Shown here piece after piece: positions 1 through 25,122 of a stretch of DNA of 64,000 nt (position 1 is its first letter; every line of letters begins with the position of its first letter). The stretch is taken from assembly GCA_012295275.1 (NCBI GenBank), contig CM022678.1, positions 6,820,001 through 6,884,000 on the forward strand. The letters run 5' to 3'. This DNA is from Chrysomallon squamiferum. Its lineage: Eukaryota > Animalia > Mollusca. Position numbers and translations under genes: made by a program. The notes beneath the pieces are model-generated. The model ran no database searches. It was not told the origin of the DNA and saw only the letters and a program-made list of their open reading frames with translations.

Positions 1-209
1 AATAATAATAATAAATCGTAGGTATCCAGTAAATTTAAACTCATTATACATTTTTTATAGTTTTGTATTTAAAATCAAAACACAAAGAAGATTTTTTTTT
101 TTTTTTTTTTTCAAATGTATTTTATTTTATTTCAGTTTTGTTAAATATAATTATAATAGTTATTTTTGAATAAAACACAAGAATGATAAAGTTTTAAATA
201 ACGTACGCA

Positions 210-269
<60 letters not shown>

Positions 270-954
270 TTAATTTAAAATAAAAGATACAAGGAAAATA
301 CAGTTTTAAACGAAATACATCATTATTATTTTTTTTTAACTTAAACTCGTAAAAAGATATAGTTTTAAAGAGATTACATAACTTATTTTTGTATTTGAAA
401 TAAGAACACAAGGAATACACAGTTTTAATGGGCATACATAACTTGTTATTTTTGTGTTTAAAAATCATAACCCAGGAATACAATGTTCTAAAGAAAGTAC
501 ATGCATATTATATTTCTATTTAAAGTAACAAAACATTTTTATTTTTATTTTTATTTTTTATTTTTTATTATTATTACAATAAGCACATAAATATCAAAAC
601 ATAAAAATTCATTCACTGAAATAAAAATGTCTGGGAAACGAATATTACGTAACAGAAAAAAAAAAAAAAAACAAAAAAAAAAAAAAAAAATAAATAAATA
701 AATAAATAAATAAATAAAAATACAAATAAATAAATAAAATGCAAAAGAAAAACATTAAACAGTTTCCTTTATTACAGTATTCTTGTAAATACATGACGTT
801 TAAAATATACACCAATATTAGGACAGCCAGATTAAGAATTTTAAAAAGTTAAATCTTTGAATTTTTTTTACTAATGTTACTATTTTTCACAATAAACAGA
901 TGATACCGGAAAAACACAAGAAAAAAGAAAAAAAGGTGATAATTTAAGAAGGAC

Positions 955-985
<31 letters not shown>

Positions 986-1208
986 TGTATGAATACATTA
1001 GTGAATTGACGAATCAATGAATGGATGAATGAATTAATTAATATTTATACGCTTCTTATTAAAGCTTCAGCAATTTTCTAGATCAATGATTATTTGTGAT
1101 GTCACCAGCCTGTATTAAATAAATTGTCATTTTGATGACGTTTTATTAGATGTACCCTCTAATATAAATTCAAAACCAGTGATTTTAATCTTGTTAAGAT
1201 ACAGAGTA

Positions 1209-1646
<438 letters not shown>

Positions 1647-2236
1647 TCAAGTTCTGAAACTAGTCTTCGAGCGTGCGTGTAGATTTTCTAAATATTTAAG
1701 ACAGTCTACACACTAGCTGACTTTTGAAGACAGTTTCTCGACACACTGCCTGAACTGAAAAATCCATCGTACACTGACAGCTATTATTGTTAAAAGTAAA
1801 CACAACTAATGACAAAAGGCAATATTATTAAGAACTCTTCAAACGCATAAGTCGCATACGTACATACGTGTTATGTTACTAAAAATATAAAGGAAGCACT
1901 CGACATTATATGACACGCCTTTGTCGTAGGAAAAATGATCTCTGTCTAATCCATATTGATGTTAAGGTATTTAAGCCTAAAACTAAACAATATCTATATA
2001 TATATATATATATAAATTTAAAAAAAAATTATATAAATATTAGCACCGCAAATAGCTAAAATGTTTAGGATATTTAGTGAGTTACAATTAGTCATGAAGT
2101 TAAGCATATATTTAATCATAATTTTTTTTTTATCATAATCATTAGAAAATACACACAAATTATACTTTTGTTAATATTATTATATTATTATTATTATTAT
2201 TATTATTATTCCTATTGTGATTATTATAATTATTAA

Positions 2237-2291
<55 letters not shown>

Positions 2292-2559
2292 TTTATCATC
2301 ATCAACATCATCACTCACTTAAAAATGCATATTTGGAGAATGATAACGAACAAAGAAGGAAAGAAGAGCAGTTTTCTCTCCCAGGAAAAAAAAAAAAGTA
2401 TTTATAAGTTACAGTATATAAATATTGTCTGTATTTATAAACAAACATAAATAAATACAAAATATAAACGTCTTTCGTTTAATTATTCTCTCATTTATTT
2501 TGTAAATATTCAAGGAAGAGTTATCTCCCTTTAGTAAAGAGAGCAAAAAAGAGAGAGAC

Positions 2560-2602
<43 letters not shown>

Positions 2603-3428
2603 CAGCAAAAAGAACAACACACACACGCACGGACACACACATCCACACATATTTTAAAATGGAATAATTAATTATGAAAAGAATATAACTTTTAACATTA
2701 AGGTTTAAATATTGTTTTGCCCCAAGCTATTCAAAAGTGTTTAAATTTAACTTCTAGGAAATAAAGAGTTAAACACCTGTAGGTGGTCACAAAACAAAAT
2801 GATATCAGGTCAGTCGTGCTGACAGACACACACTCATACACACACACATGCACACACTCACACTCGGACACATAAACTTATACATACAAATACATACATA
2901 CATATGTCCAGCTATATATATATATATATACATTGGTACACACACATACCTAAAGACATAATTTATTATATGAATACATCTCTCTATCTCTGTTTATCTG
3001 TCTAGATATCTGTCTGTCTATCTTTCAGTCTATCTATCTGTCTTTCTACTCATACACAGACAGACAGACACACACAATGTTTCACTATGCTACTGAAACA
3101 ACATATATACTGTGCAAATATTATTTGAGGGAAAAAAAAATCTATTGTCAATGATTATGCATCTAAAAACTTACCGTCTGTCTCTTGCACTGGCTGTCTG
3201 TATTATTATGACGTCACTTCGTAACGTCAAATCATTGTTGACGTAATTTGATATCAGAAGTAGTGTCTATAATGGCGATTAATTAGCTAACCTTCAAACG
3301 TTTTGAAAATATGTTATGGCGTGAAATTATGGATAAATTTAATGTTAATGTTTTCATGCGAGTGTTTAAAATATTGACGTAAAAATGTGAGTGTTTAGAC
3401 AGAGGTAAATCTTTTCTTCTTCTTCTTG

Positions 3429-3530
<102 letters not shown>

Positions 3531-3952
3531 TCACATAAACACATACACTCATTCTTCAGTAATTTTCTATTTCTTTCCGCTTGTCATTCTATCTATCCGT
3601 CCGTGTGTCTATTTGATTTCCTAACAAATTAAGATTCTAACAGCGTCTTTCAAGTGTGTAACATGAATTTTCAACTAAACAAATGTAAAGAGATAAATAT
3701 ATGAATTATAGTGACAAGGAAATTTAATGGTTATTCATCTCGAGTTGTGACTGTTACCGGTCCGGTTCAAGTTATGTTGATGTCAGACGTTTTACTCAGG
3801 AAACTGGCTGTGACCAAAGAGATGAGAGACGGTCACGTGACTGGAGTAAAGCGTAGGAGTGGGATTTCACGATCAGTATGCATTGTTTAATATTTATTTA
3901 GAAATACAATAATCATCATTATAATCGGGATACGTAAGAATAAAAAAAAAAA

Positions 3953-3995
<43 letters not shown>

Positions 3996-5069
3996 TAATG
4001 TTGATGATGATGATTATAATGATAATAATGGTAATAATAATAAATAATAATAATAATACTAATAATAGTAGTAGTAGTAGTAGTAGTAATAATAATAATA
4101 ATAATTATTATTATTATCATCATCATAAATGAATATAAATATGTGTATGTGTGTTTATATGTGTATGTAATGATCGTATGTGTTATGTTGCAAATATATT
4201 TGTTGTGCATATATGCATATTGTTTATATACTTTCATGTATATGAATGTTGTGTGTACTATTTTTTGGAAGAGCCTATATGTGTATATATATGTGTGTGT
4301 TTCTATATCGGCTGGCTAGAAAGGAAACACGCCTATCACCAGTCCATCAGCAAATGTTTAGGAATGGATCTTTTATGCATGCCTTTCTGTAACCAATCAC
4401 GGAGTTCTGGTTATAACTGAAAAAACTGAAACTGTAGCTCTGAACAGGATTGATCGCGCGTTCCATCACGTCTTAGACAAACATATTGTAGATTTTTTTT
4501 TTTTTTTTTTTTAATTATCATTACAACGGATGATGAATTCAGATGACTTTTCGTGCTATTTACATGGGAACACGAACGAAAAAAAAAAAAAAAAAGTTTC
4601 CCATAAACAAGCAATAAAGTCATCGGCCGAGATCCTTGTCTTAACTGCATTTCAGACGTGTATAAATATTTTTCCCCGTTCTGCATCACTGACGAATACT
4701 CCAGTGAAGAGAAAAATTCAGAGACTTTTGAAAAGTTTTATTGTATCAGATGATACTCGTCGCCATTGGCAATTTTGGATACCGCGTCATCTGTCTTCTG
4801 CTTTCCGCTAAGACGACCGACGTTACTTCCTGTTTCCACTGCATTTGTAATCACTCGGAGTTGTCTCCCCCTGACCGCGTCTTCTTTACCGCTGGTAGAG
4901 GATCTGTAAAAGTTTAGCCGTTCGGGTTAGGAGTTGAAGGGCCTTTAAACTCGATGACATCGTGGTCAGAATCCGGTATGGACATAGCTAAAGTTGAAAA
5001 ACAAAAGGATTTTTAAATATGTGGTTGAAAATGCTTGAGAAGGAGGGCAAGATGTGACTAGTTTGCTTG

Positions 5070-5176
5070 GTAAGTTGATTATTTGTGTTTTATTATTGAG
5101 CATTAATATTATTATACCGTGTACTAATTAATACCTGTATTAAAATGTGTATATCTTATATATGCATGCATGTGTA

Positions 5177-5236
<60 letters not shown>

Positions 5237-5539
5237 TTGTTATCAGTACTAATAGTCTATTTTTCTGTCTGGCTGTCTGTTTATCGATGTAGTTATGTAT
5301 ATTTATATATGTGTATGAGTGTATATATGTATGTATGCATGTGTGTATTCATGCACGTATCTATCTATCTATATGTTTATATGTCTATATATATATATAT
5401 ATATCTATATCTATTTATCTATCTATCTATAATGTCTGTCTGTCTACCTATTTATTTATGTGTATACATGTCTACGTGTATGTATGATTAAATACCTTTT
5501 CACTCGCATTTTAATTTTATTATTTAATTTATTTACTAG
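5070..5539 (+). other. Putative 5'-UTR intron of the GPCR gene
   Basis: Donor TTG|GTAAGT at 5070 and T-rich acceptor ending TAG at 5539, 30 nt before the ATG. The interior is microsatellite-filled; the upstream ~4750-5069 is complex and GC-richer, like an exon. Confidence 0.55.
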
Positions 5540-5569
5540 TTTGATTTAAACCTTCTCTGAAGAAATACT

Positions 5570-6781
5570 ATGGAAATTGAAAACATCGACTGTTTCCGAA
5601 CGCTGTTTGCAGACATCGAAAACAATACGAATGTAACTGAAGATGACGTCTTCCATCGTCTAAAGAGAATCGAAAACGAGGCCTTGCTATTAAAGATACC
5701 GACGATTGTGTTTCTCGGAATGCTGATGACAGTCGGTATCCCTGGCAACGCCTTAGTGATCTATGTTTACAGGTACAGACTGCCCCGAACGACGCCTCGC
5801 CTGTTGATCATTACGTTGGCGTGTTTTGACTTCTTCAACTGCATTTTTGGCATGCCCTTCGAGATCATCAACATCCGCTACGACTACTTCCTCGACGTCC
5901 CCGTCCTTTGCAAAGTGTTCAGGTTCAACAACACCGTCTGCACGTGCGGTTCCATCATAACCCTGCTCTTCATTTCTCTGGATCGTTTCAGAAAAATTTG
6001 CAGAGCTTTTCGCGTACAGATTGTTTACCGACAAGCAAAAATATGTGTCGCGATTATCGTTTCCGTAGCTTTTCTCGGCGCGATTCCTGCGCCGGTATTC
6101 TACGGAAAGGAGACTCACGAGGTTTACGGAGTTATAACCAGCGACTGTTCGTTAGACGACAGCCTGCGGAACACAATTTATCCCAAAGTGTATTTAATTT
6201 TTCTCGGAGTCCTTTGCATTCTGTCCATCATAGTCCTGACCCTTCTGTACTCGTGCATCGTTCTGAGGATAGTTCAGCAGAGAAAGAGGCACACCTCTCT
6301 GACTTCCGGAGGAGGGACGCTTCCGCGGAACTGTAACCAAAGGGAGACAACTGCGAAAAAGATGCGTCCGTGCGTCGACTGTTTCGCTCACGAGAAGCTA
6401 GCGGGATCGCTCACGAGGAGCTTGAATTCCAAGCAGGCGACGTTCGTGAAGCGGTCCAAAATGACGTGGATGATGCTGATGGTGACGGTTGTGTTTATCT
6501 TGGGCTATCTGCCTCATATCAGCATTCAGATAACGCGAACGATCAGGAAAGGGTTTCTGGAAAGCCTGCATTGCAATCCAGCTGGTTTGATAGCGATCAC
6601 GTTGTTCCTGCGGTCGTATTTTCTGAACAGTGCTGTCAATCCAATGATCTACGGATTTTACAACCAGACTTTTCGTCAGGAGTGTAGAACTCTGTTGGCC
6701 AAGTTACTCATTTGTTGCAAAAAGTTAAACAAGGAGTCGCCAAAAACTGATAACACTGTCATGTCAACGAGTGATTCTTGA
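5570..6781 (+). CDS. Class A (rhodopsin-like) GPCR, orphan/peptide-receptor-like, single coding exon, 403 aa
   Basis: Seven hydrophobic segments. Motifs: TM1 GIPGN, TM2 LACFD, TM3 Cys (VLCKV) and DRF, ECL2 Cys (SDC), TM6 GYLP, TM7 NSAVNPMIY, helix 8 FRQE followed by CC. N-terminal sequons NNT and NVT. Much higher GC than the flanks. Confidence 0.95.
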   Translation: MEIENIDCFRTLFADIENNTNVTEDDVFHRLKRIENEALLLKIPTIVFLGMLMTVGIPGNALVIYVYRYRLPRTTPRLLIITLACFDFFNCIFGMPFEIINIRYDYFLDVPVLCKVFRFNNTVCTCGSIITLLFISLDRFRKICRAFRVQIVYRQAKICVAIIVSVAFLGAIPAPVFYGKETHEVYGVITSDCSLDDSLRNTIYPKVYLIFLGVLCILSIIVLTLLYSCIVLRIVQQRKRHTSLTSGGGTLPRNCNQRETTAKKMRPCVDCFAHEKLAGSLTRSLNSKQATFVKRSKMTWMMLMVTVVFILGYLPHISIQITRTIRKGFLESLHCNPAGLIAITLFLRSYFLNSAVNPMIYGFYNQTFRQECRTLLAKLLICCKKLNKESPKTDNTVMSTSDS

Positions 6782-6913
6782 GAAACGACGACAGCACCTA
6801 CAACGACAACGACAACGATGACGACAACGACGTAGTACAAGTAAAAGATAATGACAGCTGTTAGCGTGTTCACTGTGATAGTAATAACGACGACAATGGT
6901 ACCAATGATGACG

Positions 6914-6948
<35 letters not shown>

Positions 6949-7323
6949 ATAATACTAAAAATAAATAAAATAAAATAAAATATAATAATAGAAGAAATTA
7001 TTTTTTTTCGTAAAAAAAAGATGGTTTTGTAATTATATCACGTTATGTCTGTCTGTCTGTCTGAATGTATGTATGTAGATATATACGTTTGTGTATACAT
7101 TTGTATATACGTGTGTGCAAGTATGTGTGAATGTATTAATGTGTATGCAAATTTGTATGCAGTGTACGTACATGCTCTGTTTTGATTGTGTATTTCATTA
7201 TGTTTACGAAAAATATAAATGTTTTAAAAGTATCTCAAAATTAAGTCACGAATGTTTGTGTAGACTTTAAAAAAATAAATTTAGAAATCATTTATTTCAT
7301 TCTTTATGTGTTTGTCTTTATAT

Positions 7324-7367
<44 letters not shown>

Positions 7368-7568
7368 GTTATTGTTATAATTATTATCGATGTAATTAAT
7401 GTGCACACAGATATGTGAAACAGAGAAATAATAATGATTATTTCTTTTCAACGAAGGTCAGTATTTAATGTTTTTAAAGTAATAACGTTTATAAAGTAGT
7501 CTGCTAGCAAGTTAAATTAACATCACGGACTCCTACTGAGAGCTTTCGTTAGGACTGGGAACTGTATA

Positions 7569-7667
7569 GTCACGTGACATGACCATAACTGGCAACTGCT
7601 GCCTAGGGTTTAAGGGGAACGTTCTCAGAAGGCAAGGATTTGCACTCTAACCCTTGAAGTGACGTCA
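7569..7667. promoter_or_regulatory. CLEAR/E-box palindrome (GTCACGTGAC, 7569-7578) and CRE (TGACGTCA, 7660-7667) upstream of ADA-A
   Basis: Exact motif matches in a GC-richer block about 1.2 kb before the ADA-A ATG. Confidence 0.4.
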
Positions 7668-8359
7668 TAGTCTGTGAGACGGTTTTCGTTTTGGTTTGTT
7701 CTGATATTAAAACTGTAGAATCTTTAATTTTTTTTTTTTTTTTTTTTTTGGCCGTTGGTCCGTTTGTCCTCGTTTTTCTATGTGTTTTATACTTTAATAT
7801 TTCCATTAGCAGTGGCATCCAGTTATTAAAAAAAAAGCCCTTTGATTTGAAACCTCGTCTTGTCTGTTTGTTCCTCGCATAATTATTTTATTTGTTTTCC
7901 CTCCTCAAACTGATACCCCATTACAGATACGCATACGGATTAATATCGATATTGTGTACATCGGTCATTCAGCACTGCATTTTTATCTGTCAATTTTAAA
8001 TGCAAATATTTGCATTTTCTACAAGGTAGGAGGGTATATAAGCGAAAAATCAAAAGCGTGTTTTCACAGGGATAATATTTGCTCTTCTCCAGTGTTCAGT
8101 GTTGTAGTTAGCTAAATATAATGGGCAACGGATGTCTTTGTCATTCCACATTCAAATATTTCTTTCTTCCTTTATTATTATTATTATTATTATTTCGTAA
8201 CGATAACCAGTAAGCACCGTATCAGCACACATCACTTTAACGTACCTTAGTAACCGAAACTTTCATTTTTGTTTGTTTGTTCGTAAATTCACCGATAATC
8301 AAAGAGAGCACCGCATCAGTATCTTAAATGTCGGCGTTATTACGTTCAAGTGACATTGC

Positions 8360-8360
<1 letters not shown>

Positions 8361-8401
<41 letters not shown>

Positions 8402-8468
8402 TGATGATGATGATGATGATGATTATAATGATGGTGATGACGACGATGACAATGATAATGATGAAGAC

Positions 8469-8521
<53 letters not shown>

Positions 8522-8573
8522 TGACGATGAAGATGATGACGATAATAATAATAGTGATGATGATGATGATGAT
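8361..8573. repeat. (AAT)n/(GAT)n compound microsatellite
   Basis: Direct reading; source of the poly-N/D/I/M ORFs. Confidence 0.95.
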
Positions 8574-8837
8574 ATTTTGATATACATTCCTGAGTATTAG
8601 GCAATTTAAAAAATAAAAAAACAAACAAACAAAAAAACTTCACTTTTATCGACATTTTCCGTTGCCAACCGTTCTGGAGTTAATAAATATTCATAAGGGG
8701 GCTTTACTCTTCGGCATTGTTGTTATGTCAGATCACTACGAAAAACAGCTATGTTAAAGTATTATGTTTTGCTTCCGTAAGCAACAAACGGATTACACTT
8801 TTATAGAAATTAGGATCGCTCTTGTCGCAGTGTGAAT

Positions 8838-20476
<11,639 letters not shown>

Positions 20477-20703
20477 CTCCGACAGTCTTTTTATATACAC
20501 CACAAGCAGTATTGATAAAGTTTATAAAACTCTTATCAAAACATTTTTGTTACTTTCAGCTTTAACTTTTTAAGTACGAGATGATTGTTAGTAAGTAAAT
20601 ATTTTACTAGAGATTTGATTCAGTGTAAGATATAAAAAGTGGTGAGGTTCAAAAGTTTTTTTTTTTTTTAATATCATATCAGGATGGCCCCATATTGACC
20701 CAA

Positions 20704-21580
20704 AGGTTGATCATTCAGCTGCTGTATGTCACAATCTACCAAGTGAAATTATTAAATATAATTATTTTCCCAGATTCAATTTGTTTTGTAAAACAATGGT
20801 TAAAGTATTATGACATAACATTGAGGAGGTTGTTACATGTTTAATGATAGTGTAATATGAAAATATATCTGTATCTCTATCTATCCATCTGTCTATCTGT
20901 TTATCTATCTGTCTATCTATCCATCCATCTGTCTATATATGAATCTATCTGTCTATCTATATATATGTGGGTATATGTTTTGTTTTGTACCAGATATTTA
21001 TTGTTAATGATTGATTAGCTGAGCTAATGCAATTCCCTGAATGTGTTCATACAGATCAGTGCAAATGTCCTGAATCTCACCACTGGTTATAAGTATCGTA
21101 TTTAAAAAAGGTTTTTTATTTTTTAATCTTTTCTCCACTGTTGCTTTTATAAGAATGCTTTCATTTTCTTTTTTGTCACTTTTATTTTTTATTTTTGTAC
21201 CTTTTTAAATATTTAGTAAATTTACAAAATTACTGTTTTGTCAAGATTTGTTATAAATTATTACAGGTTCATCCAAAGATTATTTTGTACATTTTTATAG
21301 TGAACAAACCAGATTTTAAAAAAGTTATTTTATTCTTGATCTGAGCTTGCATTTTGAACAAAAGGGAAAGAAAATAAGTGTCACTAACTGGATGCATGGA
21401 TATGTATAAACATAGGAATAAAAGTAACTGGATATATATATACACAACACACACACACACAGACATGCATGTTGAGATATATGTAGATATTCACATTAAT
21501 ATATGCAACAGAAAACATACAGGCATACAGTTATAGTTTTGATTTTTTGGTTGTTGTTTTTTTCATTATTTATTTATTTA

Positions 21581-21642
<62 letters not shown>

Positions 21643-21658
21643 TTTAATTTAATTATTT

Positions 21659-21690
<32 letters not shown>

Positions 21691-22050
21691 ACAAGATAAT
21701 CCATGATTTTGTTGTTACATTTAGTTTTGTTAGTATATCAACTGCTTAGTCCTTTACAAGTATCTACCCATATTTTGATCAAAAAAGGTTTTCTTTACAA
21801 ATAACCCTTATAGATTGATTTACAGTGTGTGCCTGAACATTTTGGTTAAGACGTAATCCACAGGTTTATCAATAGGCTGCTACATACCACAGTCTACCGA
21901 GTGAAATTATTAAATATAATTAAATCCCAGATTGAATTTCTTTTCTAAAAAAAATAGCTAAAGCATCAAGAGATTGTTATATGTTCAATGCTATTTAATA
22001 TGAATACATCTCTATAGGTATATCTATCTATCCATCCATCTGTCTATATA
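20704..22050. repeat. Diverged ~200-bp direct duplication (20704-20900 and 21861-22050) downstream of the ADA-A stop
   Basis: Shared tctacc(a/g)agtgaaattattaaatataatta...cccagatt(c/g)aattt...ttgtta(c/t)atgtt...taatatgaa. Confidence 0.8.
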
Positions 22051-23335
22051 GATATCTGTCTAGCTATATATATCAACTTTTGGTAACATATAATTACATT
22101 CCAAGCAGTTTTGTAATGTTACAGATTTTTATTTTCATGTTTTCTTTACTGATGTTTTTTTAAATGTGCTAGAGTGTTTTGAATTAGAAGGGATGATCAA
22201 AAACACCACACACACACACACGACAACAAAATTACAATTTTTTAGTCATGCTGTGATACCCTGTTACATTCATATGTTAAAGATTTTTATTTGCATGTTT
22301 TCTTTATGAAAAAAAAAAAAACCCACAAAAACTTGTTTATTATTTGCCATCTATTCCAGAACATTGTGGTTTGTGAATATTTCATCTGTGTTGTTTTATT
22401 CTGATATTCACATATCAGGGAAAAGGACAGTCAGTATTTATCATTTCAGATAACTGAATGCCAATGGTTATATGACATAGGTGTTTTACACAGTCATTCA
22501 CCTACGTTTGAATATTTTTGCTTTATTTTTGGATTTTTGGAAATATTGGGTTAAAATAAGTTTAAAAATATTTCTTTTTATTTACGATGTTGAAAAATAT
22601 TTGATCTGCTTGAAGCAAAAGTATTTTGTGCTGTATCATATTATATATTATATTTAATTATTTTTATTTGTGATATTAATTACTGTAAAATAAATATTTA
22701 TTCATAAATTGTTGTCTGTTGTTAATAGCACTATAAAAACAACTGATAAAACTGAGAGAGAAAATTTGAGAATAAAAAAAAAAAAAAAATAAACATTTTA
22801 TATATAAATAATGCCACATAAAAGATCTATTTTTTTCTTAACATGCAAACTTTTATGAAATAAGCAGTCACAACAATCTGAATTACAATACATTTTATTT
22901 CTTGTAAATATTGCAGTAACATGTTTCCAAGTAAAAAGATTCATAAAGATAATTTGTAACAAATCTATAAATCAATATTTTAATTAGACAAAAAGGAAAC
23001 ATTTTAAATAAATTTATTGCATATTTCTTGTGTACTTATTTATACATATATATTTATAAATATATAAATAACAATTACCATTAATTTGAAAATACAAAAT
23101 TTTAAAAAAAAGAAAAAAGAAAGATTTATATATATATAAATTAATGTTTTATTTTTTTTGAATGTTATAAATTAAGTTTTAATTTTAAATAGGAAAATAA
23201 AATTGATAATATAAATATGCAATATTTTAATTAAATTACAATTTTAAAATATTTCTATTGCAGATTTCTTACATACAATTTCATTCTTTCAAAATAAATT
23301 AAGCATTACATCTTTTAAACTGGAATGAGAAAATT

Positions 23336-23378
<43 letters not shown>

Positions 23379-23958
23379 ATAGTTTAATTATAAATAATTA
23401 TATATATATTTATATATATTGCAGATGTTTTTTTACATATATGTATTTTATTTCTATAATTAATTTATTGCACATTTATAATATATAATTTTCTCTTGCT
23501 AATTGTAAAGATTTGATATTTATATTCAAAGAAAGATATTTTATCAATATGTATACAGTTCAATCACTATCAATAATAACAAAAATGAACACAGTATAAT
23601 GAACAAGCTTTTCTTTTTTGTTTTATTAATTTTTTATTAATCTGTCGTTAGTAATAGCACAAAATTCCATTACAGAGAAACAAAAAAAAAAAAAAATAAA
23701 AAACAACAAAAAAACCAACAAAAAAACAAAAAAAAAATTTTTTTTTTTTTAAATATTAATATATTCCTATACTTCCATTAGGCACAGAGAGATATAAATA
23801 AACATAAAATAACTACAAAAATCCTTATTTACATTGCAATTTAAAAATACTGCTTGCTCAAAATTCTTAATTTAACAACCTCACTATTGCAATCATTTGT
23901 TAAAATAATTCTATCAGTGTAAAGATAAATAATTAATAACTCATAATTTATTATAATA

Positions 23959-24272
23959 CAGCTTGTGAATCCTTTTTTTGGGGGGGGATATATTTGGGAC
24001 TGGAACTGTTTCGGAATTCAAAAATATTTGGATTTTGGAATATAAAGAGAAGGGAAGGATATAGGATCTAACCTTACAAACTGCATTTACAGTTCACATC
24101 TAGTTTATACAAATAGTCTGTAGGATTTCTTATATAACAGTTTTAATATGTTCATGCATACTATAAAACTGGTGTGTGCAAAATAATCCAAAAACTATAA
24201 GATATCACTATTTCTGCTGCTTGGTATAAATGTTTCAAATTTCAGAATTTTAGATAACGGATCTTCTATCTG
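23959..24272. mobile_element. Decayed non-autonomous TcMar-Tigger-like MITE
   Basis: TA|CAG...CTG|TA ends. Imperfect TIRs CAGCTTGTGAATCCTTTTT and (reverse complement) CAGATAGAAGATCCGTTAT. Subterminal TTTCGGA/GGATTTTGGA repeats typical of Tigger4-like elements (recalled, not searched). Confidence 0.7.
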
Positions 24273-25032
24273 TAATAATTTATAAGAGAAAGATAAAAAA
24301 AAAAAAAAAAATAAAAAAAATAAACAAATAAATAAGAGAAATTAATACAAGTAAAGATTATACATTATTATAATAATTTGGCAAGATAAATTCTGGCATA
24401 CAAAAAAGCACTATTTAGGTATAAATGTATACATATATAAATTTTATATAAAAATATATTCAAAAATAATTATATTTCTAATTTTATATCATGAAATCCT
24501 GAGTACAAATAACAAAAGCTGAATGGAAAAAAAAAAAAACAGAAAAAAAAAGAAAAAAATGACAACAATAATATTGATAAGGACACATTTAACAAAAATA
24601 AACAAATATTTTTACAATAAAAGATGTGACAGCTGCCTATTATATACTGAATAAAAATGTGGAAACAGTCTGGATACATAATTAAGTAACTTACTTCTCT
24701 ATATCAGACCAAATATGTAGTTATAATTAAATTTTTAAAGTAAATTTTCTAAAATGCTTAAGTAAACAACAAAATAATACAAGTTCTTTTGCAATATAAA
24801 TCAAGATTTTCTATAAATTTTAAAATGAAGATTAAATAAAATGAATAAATAAATAATAACAACAACAGCAGTAAAATGAAATTACCTCTGCAAACGTTAT
24901 AACATTATAAAAATTTCAAATTTTCTAAGCACTAATATTAAAACCATTATTGATTGTGAATGTATGTGTGTGTGTCTGTCTGTCAGTGTTTTCAACATAT
25001 ATTATTTTGTTAAAAAGTCAGTGACAAACAAT

Positions 25033-25122
25033 TTAATGATCTCCATAAACTTTAACAAGTTCTTTCAAAATTTCTTTCTTTTCTCTCTCAGTGGCAAAAG
25101 ATGACTGTGCAGCATTGAAAAT
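25033..25122 (-). CDS. ADA: ADA-B terminal coding exon (IFNAAQSSF...VYGDH*)
   Basis: ttttag| acceptor, 90 nt to TAA. Confidence 0.9.
   Translation of the reverse strand: MFNAAQSSFATEREKKEILKELVKVYGDH

Noticed and set aside
5570-6781. GPCR as an adenosine receptor forming a purinergic module with ADA
   Set aside because: Adenosine-receptor hallmarks (TM1 Glu, TM6 WLPxH..N, TM7 His) are not evident; only adjacency supports the idea.
5753-6873. Overlapping and antisense ORFs within the GPCR
   Set aside because: Shadow frames of a GC-richer CDS with no recognisable motifs.
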